Assembly: GCF_964204645.1 (NCBI RefSeq)
Contig: NC_134028.1
Location: 20,149,245-20,213,244 of the forward strand
From: Tubulanus polymorphus
Taxonomy: Eukaryota; Animalia; Nemertea
Direction: 5' to 3'
Length of the DNA: 64,000 nt
Shown here: positions 1-11,760 of the stretch, in pieces
How the letters are laid out: every line of letters starts with the position of its first letter
How positions within the stretch are numbered: position 1 is the first letter of the stretch
Program-made: the position numbers and the translations under genes
The notes under the pieces: generated by a model
What the model saw: the letters and a program-made list of their open reading frames with translations, nothing else
The model's database searches: none
What the model was told of the DNA's origin: nothing

Positions 1-74
1 GGCTCGACGAGACCGAACAAGACTGGATACGACGACTCGACGCGAACACGCCCCGAGGCATCAACGTCCCGTAG
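1..74 (+). CDS. C-terminal end of a GIY-YIG endonuclease ORF (Penelope-like or other mobile element), truncated by the window edge
   Basis: Frame from nt 3 reads LDETEQDWIRRLDANTPRGINVP*, matching the E-x-x-W-I-x-x-L-x(4)-P-x-G-[LI]-N motif that ends GIY-YIG domains. Confidence 0.65.
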   Translation, partial: LDETEQDWIRRLDANTPRGINVP

Positions 75-166
75 ACCGCCTCACCACAAAAATCAATTCA
101 AACTTTTCTTTACAGGGATACCCGCTGCCCGTGCACTAGTGGGGTCTCCAAACCTTCGGTTTGCTC

Positions 167-300
167 CCCTAACCTCTATCTCTAAACCTAACCCTAGGGG
201 TAAGACGGACCCTAACCTTAACCCTTTACCTCTGGACCCTTTTCTCACCCTTTGAAGCATTTGATCTGACCCTAACGCAGAACCCTAACCCTTAAACTAG
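167..300 (+). repeat. Degenerate telomere-like (CCCTAA/CCTAAC) repeats
   Basis: ccctaacc, aaacctaaccctag, cctaaccttaaccct, ccctaacg, aaccctaacccttaaa are clustered within about 130 bp. Confidence 0.6.
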
Positions 301-667
301 TACCTACATTTTATTACATTTTATTATATAGAGAGGGTAGATGGATAGGAACTAGGCCTAGCCATCAAAAGGTGGTTGTGAGTGATACTATATAGCCAAA
401 CCCAAAAAAGCGTGACCCGGCAACGGACTACCTGGCTAGAAGTTGGTTAGTGCGGTTCGGTCCCTACTAACTTGCCAGTGCTGAACCAATGTTGGCCCGG
501 CCGCATCAGGTCAGAGTAAAAAACTCAGATCCAAAAAAAAGTTTGGAATATACGAATGGCAAGCTAGTGCATAAGTCCAAGAAATTGATATAGCCATTGA
601 CTCCCGCAGAGTGGGTGCGAGAAAGTTCCGGCGGAGCCCGTGTCCGCATGAGGGTGACAATCTCTTA

Positions 668-931
668 AGCCGGGTGCAGGTCGGCCTTGCGACGGCTTGG
701 ACTCACTGCGACGCGATTCACAGCGACCGCCAGCAACGATCGCGTCGCAACGACCAACCGACCTACGCTACCAGCTACGACCTACGAGCGACGCCAGTCG
801 CAGTGACACGATACGACCTGCGACTGGCAGAAACTAGTCGCACACAGTTGCCTATAATCGCATCGCAGCCGACTTACACCTCCACCGACGCAACGCAACC
901 ATCGCGTCGCAAGGCCGACCCACGCCCGGCT
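668..931. mobile_element. Small MITE (Tourist/Harbinger-like) with internal CGAC-rich repeats
   Basis: About 27 bp TIR AGCCGGGTGCAGGTCGGCCTTGCGACG versus the reverse complement of CGTCGCAAGGCCGACCCACGCCCGGCT; flanks TTA and TGA. Confidence 0.65.
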
Positions 932-2042
932 TGAGATATACGATGGGATCACTGGTCTATGATACCGCAGTTGTTTCCAAGGGCCGCCAGTGTTCAGTGC
1001 CAAGTCCCATTCCCCGGAGGACCTCGTAGCGAAGAGCGGTTTCACCATGGTAACAGTTGTCACGTGAAAATAGGCCGAGAAATGGATGATAGATTCTGGG
1101 TTTGTAATTTTGTGATTCAATGTTTTATTCCACATCGAGATTCATAGAAATGTATATTCATATTCTATGTGTAAATTCAGTTATAAATAAGTACATGTAA
1201 CAGTATGTTTATAATTTAACAGGACGGTACTCCGCCAGGTGGCGTGCGATGTATTCTGAACGACTCGAATGTTTCGAAAAAGAATGTTTTTTCTCAATCG
1301 CGCATGTGCAGTAAGTTGTCTCGGTTCAAGTAACATTGATCTTTAGTATCAAAACCTTTGTTTATGTCAATTAACCAAATTTTGCCGAAATCTTAACACT
1401 GTAACCCACTGTATCAAGGCGATCTTTCTCGAAACGCGCAAAAATTTTTACGCCGTAAAATCGTCAAAATTATGTTATCATACATTGATAACTTCTATGC
1501 GTTATTTGCCAGTGGTACTGCGTACTTTTGGTGTTTCAAAATAACAATAACAAATGTGAATATCGGCGTACGAATTAACGACCGCGATGAATTGATCGCA
1601 GACCGATCGCGTAAGCCAAACCGCAAGGACAGAACGAGTTCTATTTGTACGACCAGATCAAATCGTCGTAGCCAGAGACGGAGCAATACTGCGTAGTTCG
1701 ACCTAAGCTTAGCCTTCCTATTAGATTATCATGTCTTATATAAATTTATGAGTCGATGTGCCCTGCGTCATTAGTACTGGGGCCTGGACTGATAGCGGTC
1801 AATTCGATTATGTTTTCGATTACGTATTCAAATTAGAAATATCGATCAATCATTGATCAATAGCGTCGGTAATATATGTGAATTTTTTCTTCAAAGCGCG
1901 AATAAATGTTCAAGTTAGTTTTCTACGTTCAATTGCTTGTCTACGATTTATATTTTTAGCCGTGAAACGACTGTTAGACGCGACTGTGCCAGAAAGTCTT
2001 CTAAACGGACTAATCGCTACTCGTTTAAACTCCGCGCGCTCG

Positions 2043-5000
2043 ATGACTACACGGACCATCAATGATTTAATCGACTGTATTTTCATGTGCCAATATTTCC
2101 CTCGCAAAACCGAGAAGATTTACGTGATTGGTAACTGCGCGAATCTGGGAAAATGGTTCTTAAGATCAGCACTGGAATGCGGCCATGTAGGAAACGGTTG
2201 GTGGATCGGTAAATACCCCGTTCAGTAACTCACAATAATTGTGGAACTGTGGAACTCTATAACCGCGGGCTATGACATGTGGTTCTAATCCTCGCTTGCC
2301 AGGGCTTGATCGCCCGCAACCGAAACTCACGCCAACACACCCTGGTCTCAGGACCTGATTGGTCTATAACAACGCATCCCTATCGGCTGGGATCCGAACC
2401 TGATGGAATAGCTAGACCTAGCGACGGCACCAAACTGCGCGCGAAGTTGCGCACAAGGGCTAGTGTGGCACATCCTCCCCGGCGGGGATTCGAACCTGAT
2501 GGCATCGAGATTACCACGGCACGAAACCCTGCCACATCAGACCGAGTGCGCAGATGCATGTGCAGCTTAGACGATGTCATTATCAGCCAATCTCCGTTTT
2601 ATTTTAGCCCGGGTTTTCCCATGTATAGTTCTTCCGTGAAATTTACCCCAGCGATCATACAACGCGCAATTTGATTGGTGCGGTTTTCGCACGGCAAAGC
2701 TGCGCATGTACCTGCGCACCCGGTCTACTGTGACAGGGGTTCGTGCGATGCCACCAGGTTCGAATCCCTGCCGTGGGAGGATAGTCGTGGCAGGGTTTCG
2801 TACTCGTAGCCAATCTCGATACCATCAGGTTCGAATCCTCGTTGCTAGGAGGATGATTACACCCAAGATTCCTTGGGCAGACAGGTTGCCGCTCGGCGGT
2901 CACCAGTTTATATATCTAGCCGATCGGATACGAATCTGCCGGTGAAATAACGCATCTGATTGGCTAAGATATACAGACTGGTGGCTGCTGTGCGGGGAAT
3001 GGGTTCCACGTATTTTGTAAATGAAGTTGAATCAGTTATCAATGACAGGTGCGACGCAAATTAAATCTTTCTACGGATACAAAGCGGTTCATATGATATA
3101 TCAATCGAACCCTCGGGTCAAGTTATTCATCGATTAGTTCATTATTCGAAAATGCAACGCACTTCTCATGAAAATCGAGTTCGTCTTTTGTTCTGGGTGT
3201 ATTTTCGTAAATAGTTTACGGGTAGAAATTGATTATAGTAAAATGTAAATAGCACATTGATCGCGATAGAGCCAAGTTTCTGTTTGAAGTGGAGGGAGTG
3301 GGAGGGCTGGTATCCTTTATCCGGCTTGCCAAAACCCCTCTGGTTTTATAGATAACCACGGCTAAATCTGCTATATACACTTGTACACTTTGCCGCACTA
3401 CCGAGGTGGATCCAAGGGGAGTCGCAGGGGCTGCGCACCCACCTAAAAAAATACCAAGTTGCCCTGAAAATTTAAAGGAACAAGGGTAAATACTGATACT
3501 TAAAATGTTCAAATTCATAAGCATGTTCTCTGTACTTCCAAAAATGTCGTAATATTTGCCGATGATCGGGGTCGATATTTTTACTTTGTTTCGATCTTAA
3601 TCCAATCCAGAGATATGAACGAAATAAGAATGATATAATATATCATTCTTATCATTTATGATATGCCCTATTTCGAATCAGATCCTGGATCCGCCCCTGC
3701 ATTATCAAAAAGCGGTTTATCGTAACATAGGTTGCGATTCCGTCGTTAGAGAAGGTGGATTATCAAAGGACGGTATCGTTCGAATACGTAGTCGGATAAT
3801 GCGGTATCAATTTGTAGCGTAGACAGGCCTTTATTTGGACTTTCCTGTTAGACTACTGCGACAAATGCGCTAGGAACTATTGACATAAGTCCGAACCGTG
3901 TTTTAGCCTTTGCGAACCTGAACCGTTATATATTTAATAAAAATAACTCGTACGCCCTCTTGACAAGTAAAAACACCGTTAACTTTATATAAGATTGAAA
4001 GACAAATATCGCGAACCATAAATCAACATTACAACGACTCCATATGGCTGAAGATCATACACGTGGTATTTACTGATTACTGATAGTACCCGGTCTATAA
4101 CTGCTCCCTAAATTTCATCATATCGATTGCGAACTGTCACAATCAATGACATTTCAACACGTGCTTATCTGGGAACCTGACAATTGATTTATGCCGTTTT
4201 TTTCACTTCGACATTTCACGCGAGTTTATCGTCTATGCATTTGCGCAACGTTTTTTTCCAGTACCAATGATAATGGCCGAAACATTGCTCAAATACTCTT
4301 CTATTTAAGAATACTTTTTAGCTGAATTATTTTGGGATTCCTCGCGTTTATAGTCTGACGATATTTCTTGATTTTAATGTTTCCGATCTGCTTTTTTCAG
4401 TTTATGTAACATTAACGTAACATCAATACACGTGTCAGCGCTTATGCCCTGTCAAGGTTTATGGAGCTTTGAGTTTATTCAGCACTCCACGTCATATAAG
4501 CATGCATTGATTAGTAAAAAAAAATTTTTGTTCAAATATTGGACAACATGTCAACCGTACAACCCTATAATCAATTAATATGATGTAATTTTTTCCGTTA
4601 TAGGACACACTCGGATTAGAAACGGGCGAAATTTCACATTTAAGTTACTGATTGCTACCGAAAGGACGGAGTTCGCTGTGAAGTGGGAAGAGAGAAGGAA
4701 CCGACATTGTGCAGGGGTCAATGAGCCTACAGTTTACATCTGCTGTTGGGGACAACATCAAACTAAACATCGGCCTATTCATCAGACAAGTTAGTATATC
4801 AGTATCTATTACCGCAGTCCTTCTTCTGAACACCCAGTACGCACAGTTGTGTGGGTCTAATTTGATCCAGTTCCAGTGAGTTTAGATAGAGAATCCCACA
4901 CTGATATGACAAAAGATGAAGTCCGAAAAGTTTCCTCATAGCCAATGATTCATTGGTTCGACGTTTCGACTATATACTGTATTGTACTCCACTGAATACT

Positions 5001-6829
5001 GTTATGTTTGAAACATCGAACCAATGAATTATTACCTATAAGGACACTTTTCGGTTCTTATCTTTCGTCATATCAGTGTGGGATTCTCTATAATATCGTC
5101 ATCACACGATAGTGTAATCCACTTTGTTTTGCGTTTAATTCGGATTCAGAACTTGACAGCATTAAGCCCTCATAACCGTGAAACTGGGACCAGAGTCAAA
5201 TTAAACCCACACAACTGTGAATCGACAGTTACTATCAAGCATTAATATTATGTTCGTTAGATAAGAATACATCGGACTCGGATCCGGTGCTGACTGGGGA
5301 GACTGGTCGCAACCTGTCAGGGCGAGAGAGGGGTAACGCTGATGATGATATCGGTGATCTAACGAATGACTCAGATATACTGGATATAAACGGTCATCTT
5401 TCCCTGAATACGGATATCAGTTCGCCGTCGCATCGTGCCGATAGAAGCACAAGATCTGATAAAGATCAGGGTAAGACAGTCACAGAGTAATTTCTTTGCG
5501 CCATGATCCCGCAAACGTGTGTGGTTTTAATGAAATATCACCGAAGTCGTATCAATGTCGAAAAAGTTTGTCATTTTACCAAAGGTTATAGAGGGTCAAT
5601 GACCTGTACATACATCTGCGCAGTGTCTAAGCAACCAGCGGTGGTCCAGTGTCATTATCTTTCATTCGATAACCTTGAGCGTGAATCTAGCACAATTTAT
5701 TCCACCAAATAATCACAAAAAAATCACTGTTTTCCTCTTAACAGTTTCCAAACGCCATGTTTTTGGTACGCATTATTAAATTTTGTCTCCCTATTTTTCC
5801 CTATCAATTTCCTTTCGTTCATATCTCTGGACTCCGGCTTATTGTTAGAAGTGACCTGATAGAATCGCCTTGTTCATCCTAGCCTGACCGTACCGCCACA
5901 AACTATTTAGGATCGGTACCAGAATTTTTGTGCATAGGGGGAGGATTCAAGCGCTGTGTTTTTCCAGATATAAATTTTCCATATTCTCATGAAAAATGCA
6001 TTCTTAAAAATGTGTGCATCACCTACAGTAATTTCGGACAGACGCCGAAACAGCAATCGGTAGAGATTTGAATTGTGGTTAATTTCATCATTGATATGAT
6101 TGATAATACTATCAGAAAATTTTCGACCATGGAGCAGGGTTGAATTTGTATGTTAGATCTGTTATCTTGTTAGATTGGTTAAGAAACCAAGGTGATAGAA
6201 CCGAAACTAAAATATTAGTCAGTGCAGTCTTGATGAGGAATAAACAATATATAAATATAATGTTTCTTTTTTTTCATTTATTTCAGTATCCATTTTTCTC
6301 ATGGGTGTACATAGAGTAAAAGCTCTGTTTCCTATGTAAGGCTAAACAAAAATGATACCTTGTTTCTCCGCAGCGACCGGGTCATTTTTGTAAAATATGA
6401 TAAAATTTATAAACAGTTCATTTCTATAGCGGCCGGGTCTGTTATGGTAAAATTGATCACGATTTTTTAAAAAGTAATGTATAGGGTAGATAGGCGGCCG
6501 GTCGGGTCAACATTTAAGCTCAGCAGAGCGGAGAAACAAGGTATCAATTTTTTTAGCCTAAACCCGTCTGTGATATTGCATATGATATCGTATGTAATAA
6601 TCCCCCATCGTGTATCCGATGATAGATTTTATATGTTTTGTTACAATCTTTCAGAAAAATAAAAGTTATCCATTCATCTATCTATCTAGGAGGTTTTAGC
6701 CGCGATGCTGCAAGCGAGACGGGCGATCGAGGTCAGCGATTGGTTAGTTTATTCACTAGCTGCATACCTGCTATACATCAAAATATGACCGGTAATAGAA
6801 ATAAATATGAAACTAATCATTTATATTGA
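2043..6829 (+). CDS. Spliced gene encoding a CBM20 (starch/glycogen-binding) domain protein; exons 2043(or 1960)-2208, 4604-4789, 5261-5470, 6690-6829
   Basis: Manual splicing with GT-AG introns, all phase 1, gives ...IFMCQYFPRKTEKIYVIGNCANLGKWFLRSALECGHVGNGWWI/GHTRIRNGRNFTFKLLIATERTEFAVKWEERRNRHCAGVNEPTVYICCWG..., containing the CBM20 hallmarks (V.G...LG.W, W, F/Y-K, WE...NR, final W), then an acidic low-complexity tail. An in-frame acceptor at 1958-1959 suggests an upstream exon may exist. Exon 4 is the least certain. Confidence 0.8.
2471..2855. mobile_element. Palindromic B-box-containing MITE, copy A (internally rearranged; extra partial arm at about 2376-2470)
   Basis: CATCCTCCCCGGCGGGGATTCGAACCTGATGG... 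ending ...GGTTCGAATCC...GGAGGATG; same sequence as 29152-29585 and 50612-50956. Confidence 0.8.
4842..5219. mobile_element. Nested inverted repeats in intron 2 of the CBM20 gene: outer TIR element plus an inner Penelope-like palindrome (4887-5090)
   Basis: Outer CACAGTTGTGTGGGT(C/T)TAATTTGA at 4842 is inverted at about 5195-5219. Inner TAGAGAATCCCACACTGATATGAC...TCGACGTTTCG is inverted at about 5010-5090. Related copies lie at 40676-40797 and 59361-59440. Confidence 0.65.
6339..6559. mobile_element. MITE with about 33 bp TIR (Kolobok-like termini)
   Basis: AGGCTAAACAAAAATGATACCTTGTTTCTCCGC ... GCGGAGAAACAAGGTATCAATTTTTTTAGCCT. Confidence 0.65.
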
Positions 6830-8024
6830 TTCACCTGAAAAATATAATTCTATTAGATTGATATTAAGTTCATTTTCCATTGGGGTACCGGCACCGCTGC
6901 TGTGGCAATCAAGGATTCCGCGTATGGTAGGCGAGGATCCGCCAGGTTCGCTAGTGGTTTCTCGGTTACTGCGCTTCAATATCTTCTACATTTGAATCAA
7001 ATTCGAGTCAACCTTTCTCATTAGTAAATCAATTTCTTATAAAACTATACCATACGCTTATTGGGAACTTAAATCTTATATCTATTGGATGACTTATTTG
7101 ACAACATTTCCATTTGAAATCCTAAGAATCCTGTTCAAAGTTCATTGAAAATGAACTAATTTTCACTGCGAGTGTATTGTAGCGCCATCTGGTTTGTGCC
7201 GATACCCCGAGTCAGTGGCTGGTCTGAAAAAACCGTATGGACCGTTTTAGACTCGTGGAGAACCACCGGCGGTTGTGGAGTCGGTTCCAGAACTACATAG
7301 AACTGTATCCCGAGTGGATCTGAGTTTAAAACCGTGGAACTAGGTCCAGAACTGTAGAACTAGGTCCTGGCGGAGCACATATACCGTACATCCTCTATAT
7401 CCGGTCCCATTATGCGCCTACCACTCACTCGGACTGTATATTATTGATAAGCACTCTATGTCAGCCAGAAAAAAATCTGGTCGAAGTCTGGGGTAAATAT
7501 GGCGGTTTAGCCGAACGGTAACCTTGATTCGTTTGCATAAAATGATGAATACAAATTTGGCCAATTCGCGCTACACTTGGGGTGAACGTAACCCCAGGAT
7601 GGGTACGCTTGCCTCCCCGACACCCGGGGGGACCCATATATACTTCAGGCGAGGATCACTCACCAGGGGCATCACTAGGATTTTTAAAGGGGTTCAGAAC
7701 TCATACAAGCGCAACAATATGCCACACTTCGCACCGTATTCGCCAAGCAAACGAGCATTTCTGAATTCTTAGAATTACTTTAATGTTCTCAGTCTCTTGA
7801 TTTTTGAAATTCGAAGCTTGGGACATTTTTCTTAAGGCAAAATATTTGATATAAGATTTCCGGAATGTGAAAAAAACTAAATTCGGAGCTAAAAAGTGCG
7901 GAACTTGGATTGAAGATTTGGGGTCTTCGGCGCCCCCGACCCCCGGTGACGCCCATGCCCGCACTCGCCGGCGGTTCTGACTCTGAATTCACGTGGTATC
8001 GCATGAACCTATTATCAGTAACCA

Positions 8025-8258
8025 CGCGTCAGTGAGACTGAGAGCGTCTGAGAGCCGTCGTGCAGTTAGTGCTTTCCATTAGTTTCTATTTTACTCGCTT
8101 CGTGCACTGAACGCTCAGTATCACTCGGCATCCTCCGCATCCCTCCTCTCCGCGGCGTGTTGGCTGACAACTTCATTGATCACACGACTCGCTACAACCT
8201 GACCGCATCGTCTCGGGATTTAAAATATCTCCTGGAATTTCAACAGTCACAAAGTATG
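8025..8258 (+). other. Possible first exon (5'UTR plus ATG) of an unresolved gene
   Basis: Unique, CpG-rich stretch starting at an Inr-like TCAGT and ending in ATG|GTAAGT (consensus donor). No downstream exons confidently found. Confidence 0.3.
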
Positions 8259-11200
8259 GTAAGTTCAGAATAGCAGATATAGATTTAAAGAAAATAAAAC
8301 AAAGCCAAAACAGTTTCAACAAGTTAGACTTTGAATTCCCGTTAAAACGTTAATATAGGGTTATTTACTATAATATTATAATGTTAATGATCGTATCTAA
8401 AATCCTGAAGTTGAGGCTTCATTCCGAATTTTCGATACAAGACAAAACTTATAGTAAATATTAAGATATACGAAATTCCTGTAAAAAGTATGTTACGTTA
8501 AACTTGTAGTTTTTGTAGTTTGAGTGTGGCGCGAAGCTAGAACCCAGTTCCGCGGTGTTGGTTCACTTTATCGAGCGAGGTTAGTTCATTTCAATCGTTT
8601 TGATAACTCCGGAGTCAAATTCTGACCGAGAAATCGCGGAGCTGGGTCCTGGAATAAATATTAAAATTCATTTCAAACGAGAAAAGAATTACAGTTAGAC
8701 CCGCTTTATCCGGATCGGTTCAGTCCGGATTTTCGTCTTATCCGGGCAAAATTTGCAGTTCACTAGTTCATTGATATACAGGAAAATTACTAAATGTTAA
8801 TCCGGATTTGCCGTGAACCATTTTCTGTTGGTCCAAAATCATCCGGACTAAGTGCTGACTCCTAAAACATGCAGCGCGCACGTAGCTTTATAACACAAAA
8901 AATCAATCTTGAGTCAAACAATAGTTGAGTCAACTTTGCGTTAATCAATCCAATATGATATTCAATAAAACTGCGATAAGAAATTGATTGTTTTACGGCC
9001 GCCTACACTTGATAAGTCGTAGATAAGTTTCGACGTTCATCCCGTCGTTCTCTACGTAGAATACATGAAAGCAAGAAAAACATCTAATTAATAACTTCAA
9101 CGCCACACGACGTTTCACACTTTAACAACTTACATACAAGAAAAATTATACGCCAGAAGTACAAAAGAAAGTAATTAAACGCGCATCGAAAATTCTATCA
9201 ATGAAATTCGCTGGGCTGAAGAAGTTATTACGCGCATGGGTTTACACTAATCGCTTTTTTATCGTCGATTGAATCTGTTTTAATCCGCGCACGTTTACGA
9301 TTTCATTTATTCGGTAATCATTGAATTTTAATCGCAATATTAAATTTCAACTATTTGAAAAAAAAAGTTTTCTGGCTTCAAATGTCATCTCCTTATCGTC
9401 GTTCTCGCACCGTTTACAAGTGAAAACCCGCTGTTGATATTGAAATGTTATTTCTAACGGGGGTTTATCTAAATCCCATCATCATGGTCATAATCATTTC
9501 GGTGTCTCTGGTGATGGGATTAATAGATAATCCCCGAAAGTGTTGGAACATAAAATTTTCAACATCAGCCGTTCATCTGAGATAAATATCAGCCTAACAG
9601 TCAACTACTTATCAACCTGTGTTGGAAATTAGCGATTAAGTCGTATGAATTGAAGCCGCTTGTGGTGCGTCGGTTATAACCCCCAGAGTCTGTCCTCACT
9701 TCACAGAATCAGGAAGCCACGTGGTTTCCGGTTGATCGTAGGTTCTGGTGTATATATTGCGAACAGAATTATAGTGGGTTATAACATGTTACAGATATAA
9801 CAAATCGACTATGTCCATAGTAATTAGTATCAGGCGATTATACCATAAAATGTACCGCGGACAAATTGCTTTTATGGATTCATAACAGTTTAATGCACAG
9901 TTCTCAGTTCGAAGTGAATTTATAAGGTGCGACGGATCCAATCCTGCGCTTTCACTTAACTCCAGTCAACCGTATTTCATAACTATCCAAAACCTAGTGT
10001 AGCGCAGATTTTAAACGTGTTGTCCTCTACAAAACACGTCGAATTTAGCCATCTATGATGAGTTGAATCTCACCAGTTATAGCCATAGATGATCGGCGCC
10101 GGTTTCAGAGGAAGGTTTTTCCATCATCAAGAAATTAAGGCTAAGTAGAAGAAAAAATTAACCCAACATCGCTTACCTTAATTCCATCGTACCTACTAGG
10201 ACTGAAACCCGGCATCTCCAGAGGCGGATCTAGGAAAATGGTAAGGCGAGGGTCCAAAAGAAAAGAAAATACATTTCTCGGATATAAGGCAGCCACTAGC
10301 TTGGCCCCACCCTAGGAGTTGATATATTCTTGAAGAACCACGCCCCGATAGATTCTGAATTCCGAATGAATGAATGCAAATTTACAGGTTTTAACAATTT
10401 CTATCTTGGGAGACAAGGTCCGGATCCCCGAGACCACACCCCCTAAATCCGGCCCTGACGGCTCAGTTTCACAAAAAGGATTGAGGACTCAATCGATCTA
10501 AGATAAACTGAATTCATGAAGAAATTAAATCGATTTAAGAGTCAAAGCTTTTCGTGAAACAGGGCCCTGACCTCTTGCATGCCAGTCGAGCATGTTTAAC
10601 CACTTGGCCATATTGACGAACTTTATAAATTTGTCCGCTCAATGTGGATGGCATTGTGCGTGGTGACCAGTCAGGCGAGTTGGTTCAACTCACTAACAAT
10701 ATTTTCATCATGTTATTTGACAAATACTATGTCCCTGGTCCGGCCCGTTTGCCTGTCAGTCAACGAATCCGCGACTACAGCAATAGATAGGTCATTCATT
10801 CAATAAGATATAAAGATTCAATCAGATAAACTTGTTTAAGACCCCTCCCGATCTGATCATAGGTTACCATTATAGCTCTGTAAATAATACCGTACACAAT
10901 CTCATCTAGTCAATAATGCACGCAGTTTTGCTGGGAGGAAGAATATCGCAATTTTATATTTCATGAATATTTCAACGTGAAATGACCACGGCTTTAGAGC
11001 GATGATTTCCTCCGGTTTGGAATACGAACCGTCGCGACTCGGGTGTATCTCATGGCCGTAAAGAATGAAGTATTGTTTTTTTAAAATCCGCCAACCCCCG
11101 ATCCGTCTCAGTCGACGGTTGTCTTTGGAAAAGCTAATGTAAGACGAAAATTCACGAATAATGAATAGGACCCGGCTGAACTTTAATAAGGGGATGGGGA

Positions 11201-11508
11201 CGAGTTGATTATGATATCGAAATACAGTTGTGGGTGAACCCTATTATTATCTGAACACAAACAAATTTAGAACAATTTTCTTGACTGATCTGATTGGTTC
11301 GACAATTTTTGCTATACATCAGCTGAGATTCGACACTTGACATTTCGTGAGCGATATTATATTTAGTTTTATAGTGAATGCAGTTTTCATTTTTGCCATA
11401 AGTACAAAACCAGCTATCGAGCAACTGGTCCCTGATCTGATTTTAATCAACTATTGGCTAATTAGGTACTGAAATAATACGGGATCCAGTTCAACAGTTC
11501 TCGCTTAA

Positions 11509-11642
11509 CCCTTTCAGTGCTGACTAATCAGTACCCTTTATTTGAATTTTTCTTTTAAATTCCACCCTAGTGTGTTGTATAACGGGAATACCGCTATAGT
11601 GCGTATACACGGCGTATACACGGTGTAGACGCACTGAAAGGG
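11509..11642. mobile_element. piggyBac-like MITE
   Basis: TTAA|CCCTTTCAGTGC ... GCACTGAAAGGG|TTAA: 12 bp TIR with TTAA target duplication. Confidence 0.85.
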
Positions 11643-11760
11643 TTAAGATTTGATTCCAGGTTTACGAACTTATTTCAACTCTTGATTCAAACTAAATAAA
11701 AAAAGAAATGGTGAAACCGGTTTCTGAAATAAGTCTTTTGAATTGAAAAGAAAAGAAAAC

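Noticed and set aside
611-1147. 107, 117 and 62 aa ORFs
   Set aside because: Derived from a GC-rich MITE and its flank; no domain features.
2279-2945. Several overlapping ORFs and tRNA-like GGTTCGAATCC motifs
   Set aside because: They lie in a palindromic MITE; no cloverleaf with D and anticodon arms can be built, so they are neither tRNA genes nor CDS.
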